From: Eledone cirrhosa
Lineage: Eukaryota
Direction: 5' to 3'
Length of the DNA: 64,000 nt
Assembly: GCA_964016885.1 (NCBI GenBank)
Contig: OZ024743.1
Coordinates: 49,228,001 to 49,292,000 of the forward strand
Position 1 is the stretch's first letter. The number at the start of each line of letters is the position of its first letter. The notes beneath the pieces were generated by a model, which saw only the letters and a program-made list of their open reading frames with translations, searched no databases and was not told the DNA's origin. Shown here one piece after another: positions 12,581 through 26,011 of the stretch. The position numbers and the translations under genes are program-made.

Positions 12581-14122
12581 AAAAAATCTCATCTTTGGAA
12601 TATCTTCATTATCAATTTAGTAGCATTTTTGTCTAAGAACAGAATTGTTTGGACTGTATTGATAATTACAATGTTTAAATGTTTACTTCTCTGACCCATT
12701 TCACTGTTGCATCATCTATTTTGAATAATGGCAACATTGTGTGGTCTCTACAGCATGTACAATATACTACATAGTGCTGATTTATCAAAACTGTCTATAG
12801 AATCAACTAAAACAGATTTATCAAACAAGACTAATCTTTTTGTTTTTTGTTATTTAAATTTTGTCTTGTCTCTGTATTGTAAGCAAATATTGGTTTACCA
12901 TGCAAATTTTGAAAGATTCCTAGCAAAGTTGTGGCTTGAAAGATTGACTTTTAGTCAGCACTTGTTAATATTTTGTGTAGTTCCTGACTCTGGAAATATC
13001 TATTGCTTGGTGTTGATTAGAATATGTGGACACCCCCCCCCACCCTTTTTACATCAACTTTTCCATGCAGGTATGGGTTGAATGAGACTTTTTAAGGCTG
13101 TTTTCTATGCTTAGATACCCTACCTGATGCCAACATTTACTTGCTTTAAGTATTTTAAGTATATACTATTCAATGTTTTACAACTGGATGCCCTTCCTGG
13201 AACCAACATGGATTCAGTGTACATATTCGAAACCAGATACATTCTTAAAAAACCAATATTTTAATTTTATTTATCTTAATAATCTATCTTAATGCTATTT
13301 ATATATTTTTCTAATTATCTTCTTGGAACTATTGGCAAATGTAAAAATATTCCATGAGTTTCGACATTTGCCATATTTGTAATGTATTGTATGTATTGTG
13401 TGTATAATGTTTTGTAAGTTTGAAACATAGGTGGAACTTTTATTCTCAGGTTACTCCTAGTTTTCATGTGGAAGTAAGCCAATAACAGGCTTTTTTGTTA
13501 GCTTCTTTGCAAACCCAGTCTAGCTAGGTGTGTATACATGCATATATATATGTATGCATGTATGTGAGAGGAGAGAGCCAGCCAGAACCTTTCTACATTT
13601 TAACAGTTAATAATATTCATATACAATTTTTTTAATAGAAACTTATATTTTTCAGGTTGTAAGATGCATGGCTATATAAGGCATTATTTATAAGAAATTG
13701 TTTTTAGAAGAAAAATATCAATATTGGTATTAATTAGGTATTAAAATAAACACATATTTATGGGTTCACTGAAAAGTTCATAGGCTGATCAAAACACTCT
13801 CATGGAATGACCAAATGAGGTTTATCTTTCAACATAGTCCCTGGAAAGAAACAATGCAGTTATTAATAAAAGAGTTGAAATTAATGCATGCAAGATTTCA
13901 CAGCTCTAGCATCACTCCTTCATCATCAGTCTATGAACGTTTCAGCCCACTCTCATTCATAGCTATATTATATATGGCTTGTATATAGCATGTGTCAGAG
14001 GAAAGGTTTTGTGCTATTTCATCTGGCTCTTTACGTTTTATATTCAAATCACGTGGAGGCCAACTTTGCTTTTCATCCTTCCATGGTTGATAAAAGAAAG
14101 TATGTTCAGTACTAGGGTTGAT

Positions 14123-14341
14123 TTAACCCTTTAGCATTTACATTACTCTATTGTATTTTCACGATAAATCTTTATTTCATATAATTATCTCACATAATAT
14201 CAAATCTACAAGATTTTGATATTATTTATTTTAAGAACAATACCTTAACATAAGTATGAGCAGCCAGTTACAGCCAGTTTGAACAGAAAGAGGTGAAAGA
14301 ATTCAGGCTGCATACGGCCAGTTTAAATGCTAAAGGGTTAA
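14123..14341. mobile_element. piggyBac-like MITE (about 215 bp) inserted in a SINE
   Basis: TTAA flanks and TIR CCCTTTAGCATTTA / TAAATGCTAAAGGG. SINE sequence continues on both sides. Confidence 0.85.
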
Positions 14342-14444
14342 ACGACTTTCCCCTTCCCCCCAAAATGCTGGTCTTTTGCATATGCTAGAAACCATTATGA
14401 TTATTAAAAGTAAAATAAATAAATGAATAAACATTGTCATTATG

Positions 14445-14900
14445 AAGGGCAGTCAGTTGGCAGAATCATTAGAGTACTGGACAAAATTCTTGGCTACATT
14501 TACTTATGATTTTTTTAATGTTCAAAGTTGAAATACCATTGAGATGAAACTTTGCCTTTCATCCTTCTGAGGTTGATATAATAAAGTACCTGTCAAGTAT
14601 TTAGATTGATATTATCAACATTCCCTTCTCCCAGAAATTGCTAGCCTTGTGCCAAAAATAGAAACAATTATTATTATTATGAAGCTGGTGGATTGGCAGA
14701 ATCCTCAGAGTGCCAAACAAAATGCTTTGCGGGATTCAGTTATGACTTTCTACATTCTGAGTTGAAATACTGTCGAGGTCAACTTTCCATTTCATCCTTC
14801 TGAGATCGAGAAAATAAAGTACCAGTAATGCACTGAGGGTCAATTTAATTAACTTTCTCCTTCCCTTCAAATTGCTGGCCTTGTACCAAAAGTAGAAATA
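14445..14900 (+). mobile_element. Two tandem tRNA-derived SINE copies (family with central CCTTTCATCCTT..GGGGTCGATAAAATAAAGTACC domain)
   Basis: Each has a TGGCAGAATC head, GTTGAAAT B-box-like motif, the conserved central domain and an ATTGCTGGCCTTGT..AGAAA tail. Confidence 0.75.
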
Positions 14901-17159
14901 TCATCATCATCATTGTTTAACGTCTATCTTCCACGCTAGCATGGGTTAGATTGTTATTATTATTCCTTTGGTGTATAGGGCATGAGCAATTTTTGCATCA
15001 TATACACTGCAAAATATTGCAATCTCTTTAGTTCTTGCATTTTTCTTCTGTGTATATTTTATTCAATTATTATTTATATTAATTTTTTGTTCCTGTTGTA
15101 GTCATCTTAATTTTATAAATATCAGGAGACTGCTAATTAGATTTTCAATACTTTAGATGTGTTTCACCAAGATTTCAAATAACTATGTCCTACTAAAGTT
15201 TTTTTTTATATTTGAAATTAAATTTGTTAAATTAACTAAACTTTATTTTCTCAATCAAATTAACAATAAACAAATCAAATGAAAAAAAACTTGTTTTGTT
15301 ACACAGTTTAGACATTCTGTAAAACTGTTTTAAACAGCAGTTCTGGCAATAGACAGCAATTTGTAAATGTATTTATATATCTACTGTTGGTATTTTATTG
15401 TGATCCTGGCCTTTGTTACCAAACATAACACTAACTATTTAAAGAAGATTATTTTGATGTGCAAGGTGCTATAACTTAATATACAACATTTACAATTGAA
15501 ACATGAATGTTTGATGTAGTTCTTGACTATATTTCTGTTTTAATTCATTTTGAAAATGATTATAAATTTAGAGGGATTTAACTGTAAAGTGGGCTCTGTA
15601 GAAAAAAACCATAGGGTTCCACTAGATAGCATATCTTTAGATGAGATTTAATAAAAATTTATTTTTTTATAAGAATCAATTTTTTTCTCTAAAACAATTT
15701 TTGTTTTTGTAAATACTTTGGGAGGGTCATGCTACCAATAAACACGTGTACCTGTTGGTTTTCATTTCAATTTATTATAAATTTCTGACTGCTTGGTTCA
15801 ATAACCGGATGGTTGTTTATTTTAAGTTATATTCCAAATATTAGATCGCATAAACAATATGTCCATCAGCTGAGCAGCTCAACATGTAAAGATTGGTACC
15901 TTAATTAAAAACAAGTGTTGGAGTCAGGAACGACATCCAGCTGTACAATATTACCCGAAAAAAATGTTTTTTTTAAAATGCTTTATTCCAACCCAATCTA
16001 GTATTTTTGTTTTATTTAATGTTTTATTAAAATTAAGATGACAGATTGTCTATAAAACATAGATATGAGTTCCACAGATTTTGGAAAATCATACAAGGTT
16101 TCTGTGACAAAATGTTTAGGACTGCCAATCTAATGTTTTGAATATAACTTAAAATATTCTTACATAAAATTATGATGGAAGGTTTTTAAAGCAGATAGTT
16201 TTGTGAATTGGCAGAGTCATTAGGGCATTGGTTTAAATGCTTGGCAATATTTGTTCTGACTCTCTGTGCTCTGAGTTCAAATCCTGTCAAAGTCAACATT
16301 GCCTTTCATTCTGTTGGGGGTTGATAAAGTACCAATCTAGATGTGGTGGATTGGTAGAATTGGTGAAGCATGGGGTGAGATTTTTTTGTGGCATTTATTC
16401 TGGTTTTGTGAGTTCTGAGTTCAAATCCCACCTCCTGTAACCGTAAAAGTGGTGATGCTTCTATCAGAAGATGTGACAACGGATAGTATCAGCAACTGAA
16501 AGACTAATGGGAATATTTAAAAAATTGGCTACTTTTCTTCCCTGTTTTTTTTTTGTTCTCTGTTGAAGCTATATCCCACTACAATTATTCTCTCTTGACA
16601 CAACTACACATCACTTTATTATAGCCAATGTGCAGTTAAGAAGTTTGCATCACAACCATGTAGTTTTGGGTTCAATCTGTGAGACACCTTGTACAAGTGC
16701 CTTCTACTATGACCTCAGATTAACCAATGTTCTGTGAGTAAAATTGGTAGATGGAAACCAGTCTCTCTTTCTCTCTCTCATACACACATGTATATATGTA
16801 TGTGTTTATATATGCATTTGTTTCTCCTTTGCATTGACACTTTTTGCTCTTTGTTTATGTCTCCCATAAACAACATGTCCATCAGCTGAACAGCTCAATA
16901 TGCAAAGGTTGGTACCTTACTTAAAAACAAGTGTTGGGGTCAGGAACGACATCCAGCTGTACAATATTACCTGAAAAAAAATGCTCTATTCCAACCCATG
17001 CTAGTATGAGAAAGTAAATGTAAGCATGACCATCATCATCATCAGCATCATATAACATCCATCATCCACACTAGCATGGGTTAGATGAGTTGTTCTGTTG
17101 TGTGACAAATCAGAACGATAATGATATTTATCATTATTTATTATTACTATGGATACTAA

Positions 17160-17352
17160 ACGGTGGATTGGCAGTATCGGTAGAGGGTCGGACGCCATGC
17201 TTTCCAGCATAGTTACGTCCCTTTACGATCTGAGTTCAAATCCCGCCGAGGTTGACTTTGCCTTTCATCCTTACGGGGTCGATAAAATAAAGTACTAGTA
17301 AGGCACTGGGTAATTGCTGGCCTTGTGCCTAAAGTAGAAACAATTATTTATT
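17160..17352 (+). mobile_element. Young tRNA-derived SINE (about 190 bp). Related copies at about 9378-9570, 31175-31362, 42385-42575(-), 43600-44035 and 61728-61873
   Basis: TGGCAGTATCGG A-box-like and GAGTTCAAATCC B-box motifs. Nearly identical to 61728-61873. Confidence 0.85.
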
Positions 17353-17449
17353 ATTACTATTGAGTGAAAGTGGTTTCAATATATTTAACTTTGGTGTTTA
17401 TATCAACCAATCTATCAATGAAATTCTAATCTAAATAAGTTCCTGTTAT

Positions 17450-17780
17450 CTTTAATAGGATTTACATTGAAGCTAAGTATTTCAAAATTACTTTTCACTA
17501 TGAAGTACAAATACCTTTCTGTTTACTATCTTTCTTATCTTACTCCTTCACTACAATGTCAGGTTACTTAGTAAACCTATTAGTCTTTTTATATTCAAGT
17601 ACTATTCAGTTTTGTAGTTTTGGTTCCTTGACAAAGATAAATTTAGGAAACACTGTATAGGTTGATAGTGAGGTCTGGTTCAGTATGAGGCCAAAGAAAT
17701 AGGTTTATGACAGGAAGGAAGGCTATTACTTGAGAATGAATTGCTGACAGTTTCTAATTGATTTACATATGATTTTAGAA
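17450..17780 (-). pseudogene. Highly decayed Penelope-like RT N-terminal remnant
   Basis: Minus strand translates PDIVVKE*DK, resembling the PLE DIVIKPADKG motif. Many stops. Confidence 0.35.
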
Positions 17781-18864
17781 ACTATATTTTAAAATATCCC
17801 TGCATTCATTAAGATATTTGCATGCATATTCTGGCCAAGAGTTATTTTCTAAAGTAAATCTAATAATTTACTGTTATCTTACTGTGAGAATGTTGTGATG
17901 ATGATGATAGTAATGTTATAATCAGTATAAGATACATTTATTACACATGATGATACATCCAGTCACACATGTAGCTTTCGGTTAGAAGTTGTTAGTTGGT
18001 GTTCAACTTTCCTTGAGCGTTTCAACTCTAAACCACATCATTCTCCAGTGAGGACCAGTCACTATCCCTTTCTGACTTTTAGTTGAACCTTCTTGACTAT
18101 TCCAGTGCCAGCAAGCTATTCACTTTCTGTTGCCTCCTCCAATATGCAACCAGCTATCTTTCTATTTCTTTTTCCTAAATATTTGTATTGACCAAACTGA
18201 CTATCTCTATTAATTGAGAACATGGAGATCCCAAGATTTTTTTTGGGGTTGACAGGAGGTATCTTGTTTTGTAAAATAGTTCAACTATCATCTGTGTTCA
18301 TCTTCATTCTCACCTTCTCTTCATCTTTCTACCACAGGGTTTATGATCAGCCAACAAACTACTTTATTCATTTGAAATCAATCTTGGTCTGTGAAAGTAA
18401 TCTTGTCAGTCTGATATCTGTGTTGATTTAGATTGCTATTTGTTTATTTAATACAAGAAACAGTCCAACCTTCAATGAATCAATACAGTCACTCTTCTTA
18501 AATACTTTAATGCTGCTTTTTTAAACAGTCTTTTGTTTTTCTTCGTTGTGAGGATTTGAATAACTTTGTTTTCTGAACTTTAAAATGTCCCATTTTTATA
18601 CATACCACACACACACCCTTCCTCACACACTCTTCTTTCTTTCCTGACATATTTTGTCCTGTATTTTCATATGGGCTATCTCTCTAGTGGTTCAATCATT
18701 ATAATCAGATCAAAGTCATACATATTCTCCTCAATCTATGTTTAAAGTTGATTGTAAAATCATAATGAAATAGACTGCAGATCAATGAACATCCTTTCAA
18801 GGTTTTGTTTGTTTGGCCTTCTGACTAGTTTGATGCTACCCAGGCAAAACAACAACAAGAAACT

Positions 18865-19310
18865 ATGAATAATAATAATGATAATAATGAAAATATTGTG
18901 TACAGTGCTCAGATGCACTACAACTTATCAAAAAGTGTATGTATAGTACATAGGGTAATGTACAAACGTCAGGAAAATGAACAGTGCATGAGTCATGATA
19001 TACATGTGTGCATGTGTATGGAAGAGGTACATCAGGTGTAGTTTTGGTGAATTTCGGGAAGCATAAGGGTTTTAAAGGATGCAGTGTCTCGGCAGCTAAC
19101 AACTGACGCAGGCATTTGTTCCATGCTTCAGCAACTCTAAGCGTGAAAAAATGTTTCCGAAAGTCATGGGAGCTGTGCTGTTTTCTGATTTTGTAGGCAT
19201 GTCCACGTGTGTTAGACACATGGAGATCAAAAAGGTGCTCAGGGTTGATGTATGGTAGGTGTCTGATGGAGGGTATGCGCTTGGTTGCACGTCTCTGAAC
19301 AGTTTCCAGG
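18865..19310 (-). mobile_element. CR1-like LINE 3' end
   Basis: LETVQRRATKRIP..LPY and NTRGHAYKI..FRKHFFTLRVAEAWN motifs, followed by a 3' UTR and (ATT)n tail. Confidence 0.85.
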
Positions 19311-20113
19311 AGGATAGGAATGGTCATGTAGTTAAGTTCACTTCACGACCATATGGTTCTGAGTTCTATGACAATATGTGGCACTTTACATGACTGTATG
19401 CTACTATAGCTTTGGGTTGACTAACACTTTGTGAGAGAATTTGATAGATAGTAATTATACAGGAAGCCTGTTATCTGTGTCTGTCTGTGTGTGTTTGCAT
19501 TTGACATAACTAGTGCAGGTGGTGATGTTTGTTTATGTCCTTCACAAAGAGAAGTCCAACACCTCAGCAGTTGGATGTGAAGATATTACTTAAAAAAAAA
19601 AGATACCCGCTAAGGCTGACATGAGGAAGAGCATCCAACCAGTGAGTATTGCCACGGCTAAAAAATTCTTGTCTGACCCATTTTAGCATAGAAAAAAACT
19701 GAACCTAAAAATAAGTATTGTAAAGTAACCCAGCCACTTTCATCATATGGAGAAAGTAAACAAAACTTTAGATGGCTTGGTAGAAATCTATGAATGTTAT
19801 TTTGTATAGCTGTTCTGTATACAGTATTGACATATGGTCTCTTGCCAACTGCTTTATTATCCTTTTGTAAAAAACTATTCTATATTTGAATTAATTCATG
19901 TCTGATGGAGCTGGGGGTGGGATGGACCACATTCAACTAGCCATTAACAATCATAATCAAAAATATTAAAATACTAGTCACTTGTATAGGAAACTTGTAA
20001 ATTACTCATATATTTTGTCTTTTCACTAATTTCTTTTTTGAAGTTTGCTGAAAATTATTGTTTGATGTTTTCAAGAAGTTAATCTATAAAAAGTATTGTG
20101 TTTAAATTTCCCT

Positions 20114-20342
20114 TTAACCCTTTAGCATTTAAACCGGCCATGTCCGTCCAGCATTCTCTCACCTTTTTCTGTTCAAACTGGCCATAACCGGCTGCTGATA
20201 CTGATGTTAAGGTATTGTTCTCAAAATAAATAATATCAAAATATCATAGATTCAATATTATTTGAAATAATTATGTGAGGTAAAGCCTTTACCACGAAAA
20301 TATAGTAGTATATATGGAGTAATGTAAATGCTAAAGGGTTAA
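20114..20342. mobile_element. piggyBac-like MITE (opposite orientation to 14123 copy)
   Basis: TTAA-CCCTTTAGCATTTA ... TAAATGCTAAAGGG-TTAA. Confidence 0.88.
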
Positions 20343-20459
20343 TTAAATTCACTTTTGATGACAAAGGCATCGAAGAGCAAAGAAGAGACTTATTTTCCTA
20401 TTTATGAGCAAGGTATCCACTCTAGTGTTGTCTCTACAATAAAATGTAATTGGATCCCA

Positions 20460-20690
20460 TACTGCTGAGCTTCTCCACAAGATCAGAATATCAGCAGGAA
20501 GGAGCCCCGCGAGGTGGGGTGGCTGTTGCAGCGGGTGTCGCTGGCCATTGTCTGTGGAAATGTTTTTGCGGTCTTGTCCGCAGGGCGCAGCCCCAACACC
20601 ACCACGCCCTAGGCCTATAGCCCATCACCATCCCTCTTCCCCCTCCCATTCTTCTGTGACCCTAGAGCCCTTGCCCTTCCCTTCATTTTC
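20460..20690 (+). mobile_element. Short CRE-like non-LTR retrotransposon C-terminal fragment
   Basis: Translates EPREVGWLLQRVSLAIVCGNVFAVLSA, homologous to ESRELEWLFQRVSLTILRGNAFPILSA at about 21347-21430. Locally GC-rich. Confidence 0.7.
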
Positions 20691-20860
20691 CGTTTTTAAA
20701 TATCTGCAGTGTTGTTTTTTGAAATTGATTTGCTTACAATTTTTTTCATTTTTATTAATAAAACATATTTAGCTGATTTGACAGTACTTTATAACTATAG
20801 AGGTCTACTTTCTAGTAGTAGTAGTAATGTTACTAATACAACAATACACCAACAAGCCTT

Positions 20861-21781
20861 TTAACTCTTTAGCATTTACATTACTCTATATTTACTATTG
20901 TATTTTCACAGTAAAGGCTGTATGGCATTCAGCTGGATAACAATAGCCTGAGCATCGGCATTTCCCTGAGGCTTGGCCTCTGGATCTGCGAGCCACATGA
21001 ATGTCACTGTGGATCCACTGTGGACACTTTCAGCCTCCACCCACTTTCCAGCCAGTGGGGCTGGCAAAAGGCCAGATGGTGTGACTATTTTCCTGTTCTG
21101 CGGTGGCAAACCCCTCGTCTGGGATGCCACTTGCAGCGACACTTTGTCCAGCCGCAACCTGGTGCAGTCTGCGACTAACCCAGGTTCTGCTGCTCTTCGG
21201 GCTGAGGAGGGAAAACTCTCCAAGTACCGGTCGCTCTCTGACAGGCTTGTGGTCGTACCCTTGGCAGTGGAGACTTCTGGTGTCCTTGGCCCTAGGGCTA
21301 CCTCCCTACTCACCACCATATGTGCTGAGCTGGCCATCCGCAGGTGTGAGTCTCGCGAGTTGGAATGGCTCTTCCAGCGCGTCTCCCTTACCATCCTCCG
21401 GGGAAACGCCTTCCCCATTCTGTCCGCCAGGGCTGTGGGGAAGCCAGCACGTGGGACCCCATTTGCTCACCATACAGAGAGATAGAGGTGATGACAGTGG
21501 GAGCTCGGCTCTTCCACGTTCGGACCATATCCTTGTGGTTGTGTTCATTATCTATAGAGTTCATTCTATTACCCAAGGTAGAAATTGAATCAATTGGATC
21601 CAGCAATATATTGATATAGTGAACCTCACATAATTATCTCATATAATATCAAATCTACGAGATTTTGATGTTATTTATTTTGAGAACAATACCTTAGCGT
21701 AGGTATGAGTAGCCAGTTACAGCCAGTTTGAACAGAAAGAGGTGAGAGTTCTGGCTGGATATGGCCAATTTAAAGGGTTAA
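20861..21781. mobile_element. piggyBac-like MITE interrupted by an insertion of about 700 bp
   Basis: The left part 20861-20919 and right part 21623-21781 join to give the MITE consensus (..TAAAGGCT[tt]ACCTCACATAATT..). Confidence 0.85.
20920..21622 (+). mobile_element. CRE-like non-LTR retrotransposon 3' fragment encoding a restriction-like (PD-D/ExK) endonuclease domain
   Basis: ORF 20973-21485 contains GKRPDGVT..GKPLVWDATCSDTL, AEEGKLSKY, VPLAVETSGVLG and QRVSLTILRGNA, the pattern of the C-terminal RLE of CRE-like elements. Confidence 0.8.
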
Positions 21782-22984
21782 GGCCATTTTCCCTGCTAAA
21801 ATAGAGATTAGCCTTGTGGGCCTCAGTCAAGGCTGATAGATTGGTTGGATTATTAAAGCATTGGATGAGATGCCTTGTGGAATTTATTCTTGTGCCTTGT
21901 GTTTTGAGTTCAAATGCCACTGACTTGGGTGGTAGACTTACTCCATAGCTTAGCTTAACACAGCTCTCTAGCCCTTATTAGGGCCAGATCTCTAGTTTGA
22001 GGATACCTTCATATCTCTGTCTCACCAGTTTTAGAGTCCCTGAAAAAGAATTGAAAAAAAAAAAAAAAATCTTAAATTAGACCCTTAATAACACTTATTG
22101 ATTTGTTTTTGTATATTGGACCCATAGCTTCAGTTTGTTTATGTTTTTGATTGCTAGCCACATATTTAAGGGATTTTCCATTTAAAAAGAAAAAAAGGAT
22201 CTCCGTCTGTGTTGATGATGATTGTTTCAGTTGTTCAGTTAACAGAATAGCCTACTTTTTAAATTAACATGCAAGTGGTCATGGATTCCAAAGACACATG
22301 TGCCCTTAATGTAATTCTAAGGGAGAGCTACCATAACACAGTGTGCAACAAGGCTGACCCTTTGAATTATGGGTACAGTCCATCTGTTGGGCTTTTAAAC
22401 AGTTTCCATCTCCCCAATTTCCCTTACAAGGTTTAGATCAACCTGAGGCTATGGTAAAAAAAAAAGCACTTGCCCAAGATGCCATGTATTCGGATTGAAC
22501 CCCAAACTTCGTGATTTTGAAGTGAACTTCTTAATTATTTGGTCATGTTGTGTCCATACTAAGCCATTACATTATCAAATGATACTGTGTGTGAATATTT
22601 ATCAAATGTGTTTTGGGTTACTTATTTCCAGCATCTACATAATCTCTCAGAATATATTTTTTATAAGATTATTTGTTTCATGATTGGTGGATGTTTTAGA
22701 TAAAGGACAAAGATAATAGAGATGCTGTGATATGTTTCGTGGTGGAGAATAATTTGCCATTTGTGTTTGTTATGCATGGACATGACAAAAAAATCTGCCA
22801 CTAAAGCCAGACAGTTGTAATTCTACTTCCCCAATCAACATATTACAATCTTAAACATCCTCAACATTTGTTGCCTTATATTTTATAGGAACACATTACT
22901 TCTCTTATCTATACTATGTTACTTGTTCTAGCCCATGAGTTGTGGCCATGCGAGGATTTTTAATGGTAAAAATATATATTTCAT

Positions 22985-23622
22985 TGCAAATTAACCATCT
23001 TGCCAACAACAACCCTGAGTACCTTTTTGGCTTCCATGTGTCTAACACACGTGGGCATGCCAACAAAGTCAGAAAACAGCACAGCTTGTATGACTTTCGG
23101 AAACATTTTTTCACGCTCAGAGTTGCAGAAGCATGGAACAAACTACCTGCATCAGTTATTAGCTGTCGAGACACTGCATCCTTTAAAACCTCCATGGAAC
23201 AAACTCCCTGCATCAGTTGTTAGCTGTCGAGACACTGCATCCTTTAAAACCTCCATGCTTCCTGAGATTCGCCAACACTACACCTAATATCCCCCCCTCC
23301 ACACACACACACACACACGCACACGCACACACACGCACACGCACACGCACACACGCACACGCACACGCGCGCACGCGCACGCACACGCGCACGCACACAC
23401 ACACGCACGCACGCACACACACACGCACGCACACACACACACACGCACACGCACACGCACACACACGCACACACACGCACGCACACGCACACACATGTAT
23501 TTCATGACTTGTACACTGTTCACTCCCCTGACATTTGTATATTATTCTAAGTACTATACATGCACCTTTGATGTGTTGTAGTGCACCTGAACACTGTGCG
23601 CAATAATTTCATTATTATTATT
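22985..23622 (+). mobile_element. CR1-like LINE 3' end with an internal tandem duplication of about 61 bp and an expanded microsatellite
   Basis: NTRGHANKVRKQHS..FRKHFFTLRVAEAWNKLP. Homologous to 18865-19310 and 47443-47828. Confidence 0.85.
23299..23495. repeat. Compound (CA)n/(CACG)n/(CG) microsatellite
   Basis: About 195 bp of alternating purine-pyrimidine sequence. Confidence 0.95.
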
Positions 23623-24644
23623 AAATAATGAAACAAGGTAGCTGACCTGTTAGAAATAGCAGCCAAATCTTAACACTTATTGCAGTATCGGCAAAAGAAG
23701 TGGACAATAACAAAATTAAGTCAGCAGAGAAGTGGAGAAAAGATCTGTGCACTTCTTTAATTTCATGTTTAAAGTACAGAATCAATTCTATTTAAGTCAA
23801 TGAAATTGGTTTTCTAAGATAAATTTCTAAGTATTTTTAACATCTTGTGTAAAGATCATTTTATCGTTAGTTGTATTTAAGTTGTATTTGAGAGAAATTT
23901 GACTGCTATTTCTAACGGGTCAAGATGGCTTGTTGACACAGTGGTAAACATCAAATGAAGCATTAAATAGAAGATTTTATCATGTCTAGCTTAACTTTTA
24001 TTAACGGACATATTCTAAGATTTAGAACAGTGGTTCTTATAATTTTCACTATTCATTTAAATGAATTCTACAAACCCCTAGGATTTTGAAAGGTCTATCT
24101 ATTCAACTAATGTGTACTACATTTGAGGACCACTGGCCAGGAATTGCTGATTTAGAATTTTAAAATATATGGTTTCTACTTTAATCATTTTGTTACTGTA
24201 TTTCCAATGAAATACTTAATATTTTAATTAATTATTGAAGAATTTGGGAAAGATTTATTAAAATTATAATTTTATCAAAATGTGGTAACAACAAAATTAT
24301 GTTAGATTTTAATTTAAGTAGGAACTCTTTAAAGTTAATGATATAGTTCCATAAAAACAGGCATTTTGGGACAGGTTGGTGAAGTTTCAGTGTCCACCGG
24401 AATTGATTCAGTGAATTCTACAGATATTAAGCAACAGATAAGGCTTTTAAAATGTTACCAATTCTTTATATATATATATGATATATATATATATATATAT
24501 ATTAGGATAGCTCTTAGAGGTTTCCTATTCCCTCCTTGTCTTTTCCGCTTGTTTAAGCCTGTTGGCAGAGATACCAACTGATCCATTGTGGAAATTACTG
24601 ACAACTGGAGAGAGAAGAATGAAAGGAATGTGGTAAAAAACAGT

Positions 24645-24700
24645 TACTACTACTACTACTACTACTACTAGTACTACTACTACTACTGCTGCTGCTGCTG
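24645..24700. repeat. (TAC)n(TGC)n microsatellite
   Basis: Direct inspection. Confidence 0.9.
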
Positions 24701-25963
24701 TAGTTATGGAAAAGTGAAATGGGTGAAGGTTTCTTACTATGTGATGGCTAATGTTGTTAAGTTAGTGATAGTAGTTGTGGTGGCGATGATGGTAATGGTG
24801 ATGTTAGCAGTATTGGTGGTGGTGGTAGTGGAACAGTAAAGAAGTGCAAGAGGTCATTATTCATTGTACAAAATAGAAATGATTGGTTTGAAAGTAACTT
24901 ATAGTCTACAAGATGGTATATAAGAATTGCTGCAATGATATTATTTGCCAATGGCAAATATTGCTTTTTTCTCTCTGAAGTCTATAATTGGTTGTTCTTT
25001 ATGTTATATTTGAAGTGTTCACGATACAGAGACCAGGAAGATTAGGATAGTACTCAATGCATGTTTAAATACAGAGTTGGTATAGTAATTATTATAATCC
25101 CAATGGAGAACCCACTCAATTTTAGCTGTCCTGAAAGCTAACTCGCTTTGAACTCTTTGTTAACTTCAACTGGAAATGTTGCACTAGCTTCATTTATTCT
25201 TTTGATACGAAACTGTCTTTGGCTCTATGATATTAAACTGTTTATTTTAAAGTGTTTATATTTATCTATAGGCAGTGGATTTGTAGTTGTGAGAACATCA
25301 GATAGAATGCTTTGTGGTATTCGTTTTGGCTCTCTGAGTTCAAATCCTAATGAGGTCAACTTTGCCTTTCATCCTATTGAGGTCGATAAAAAAAAGTGCC
25401 TGTCTAGTACTGGGGTTGATGCTTTCCCTATCTCACCATCTCTTCTTCTCTGGAAGAAATTAGCTGTATCCATACCTGGAGAGGGATACCCTCCGTCAGG
25501 TTTTAAAATGCCCTAGAAATGCTGTACATCAATATGGCACCCTTATGATTCCTTCAGGAATTGCGTGCATGTTTATCTTAAAATATTCCATCATAATTTC
25601 ATTTAAGAACCTTTATTAAGATATATTTCAAATACCAGCTTAACAATGAGAAAATTAGTTATATTACTAAATCTCTCAAAATCTTAAAATTCTTGATTAT
25701 TTGAAATTCATAAGCAGTGTCTTTCATTAGAAATATGGCAACAAAATGGGTTAATGATTTCAGCAATGACTTAAAACTGTAACTGTTTCATATATCAGAT
25801 ATTGCCCTGGAGGTATCCATGGCAACTGTCTGAATTTGTTCTGGAGCTAACTCTGGCTCCTATTTCATTTTGCCTTGGGGGTAACTCTGGTCATGAAATG
25901 CCGGTATTCAAGGGAAGTAATATAGAAATAAATAAAAGCCAGATCATTTATCTAAAATGCATC

Positions 25964-26011
25964 CTCCACCACCACCACCACCACCACCACCACCACCACC
26001 ACCACCACCAC
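25964..26011. repeat. (CCA)n microsatellite
   Basis: Direct inspection. Confidence 0.9.

Noticed and set aside
23213-23523. His/Thr- and Cys/Val-rich ORFs
   Set aside because: Microsatellite translation artefacts.
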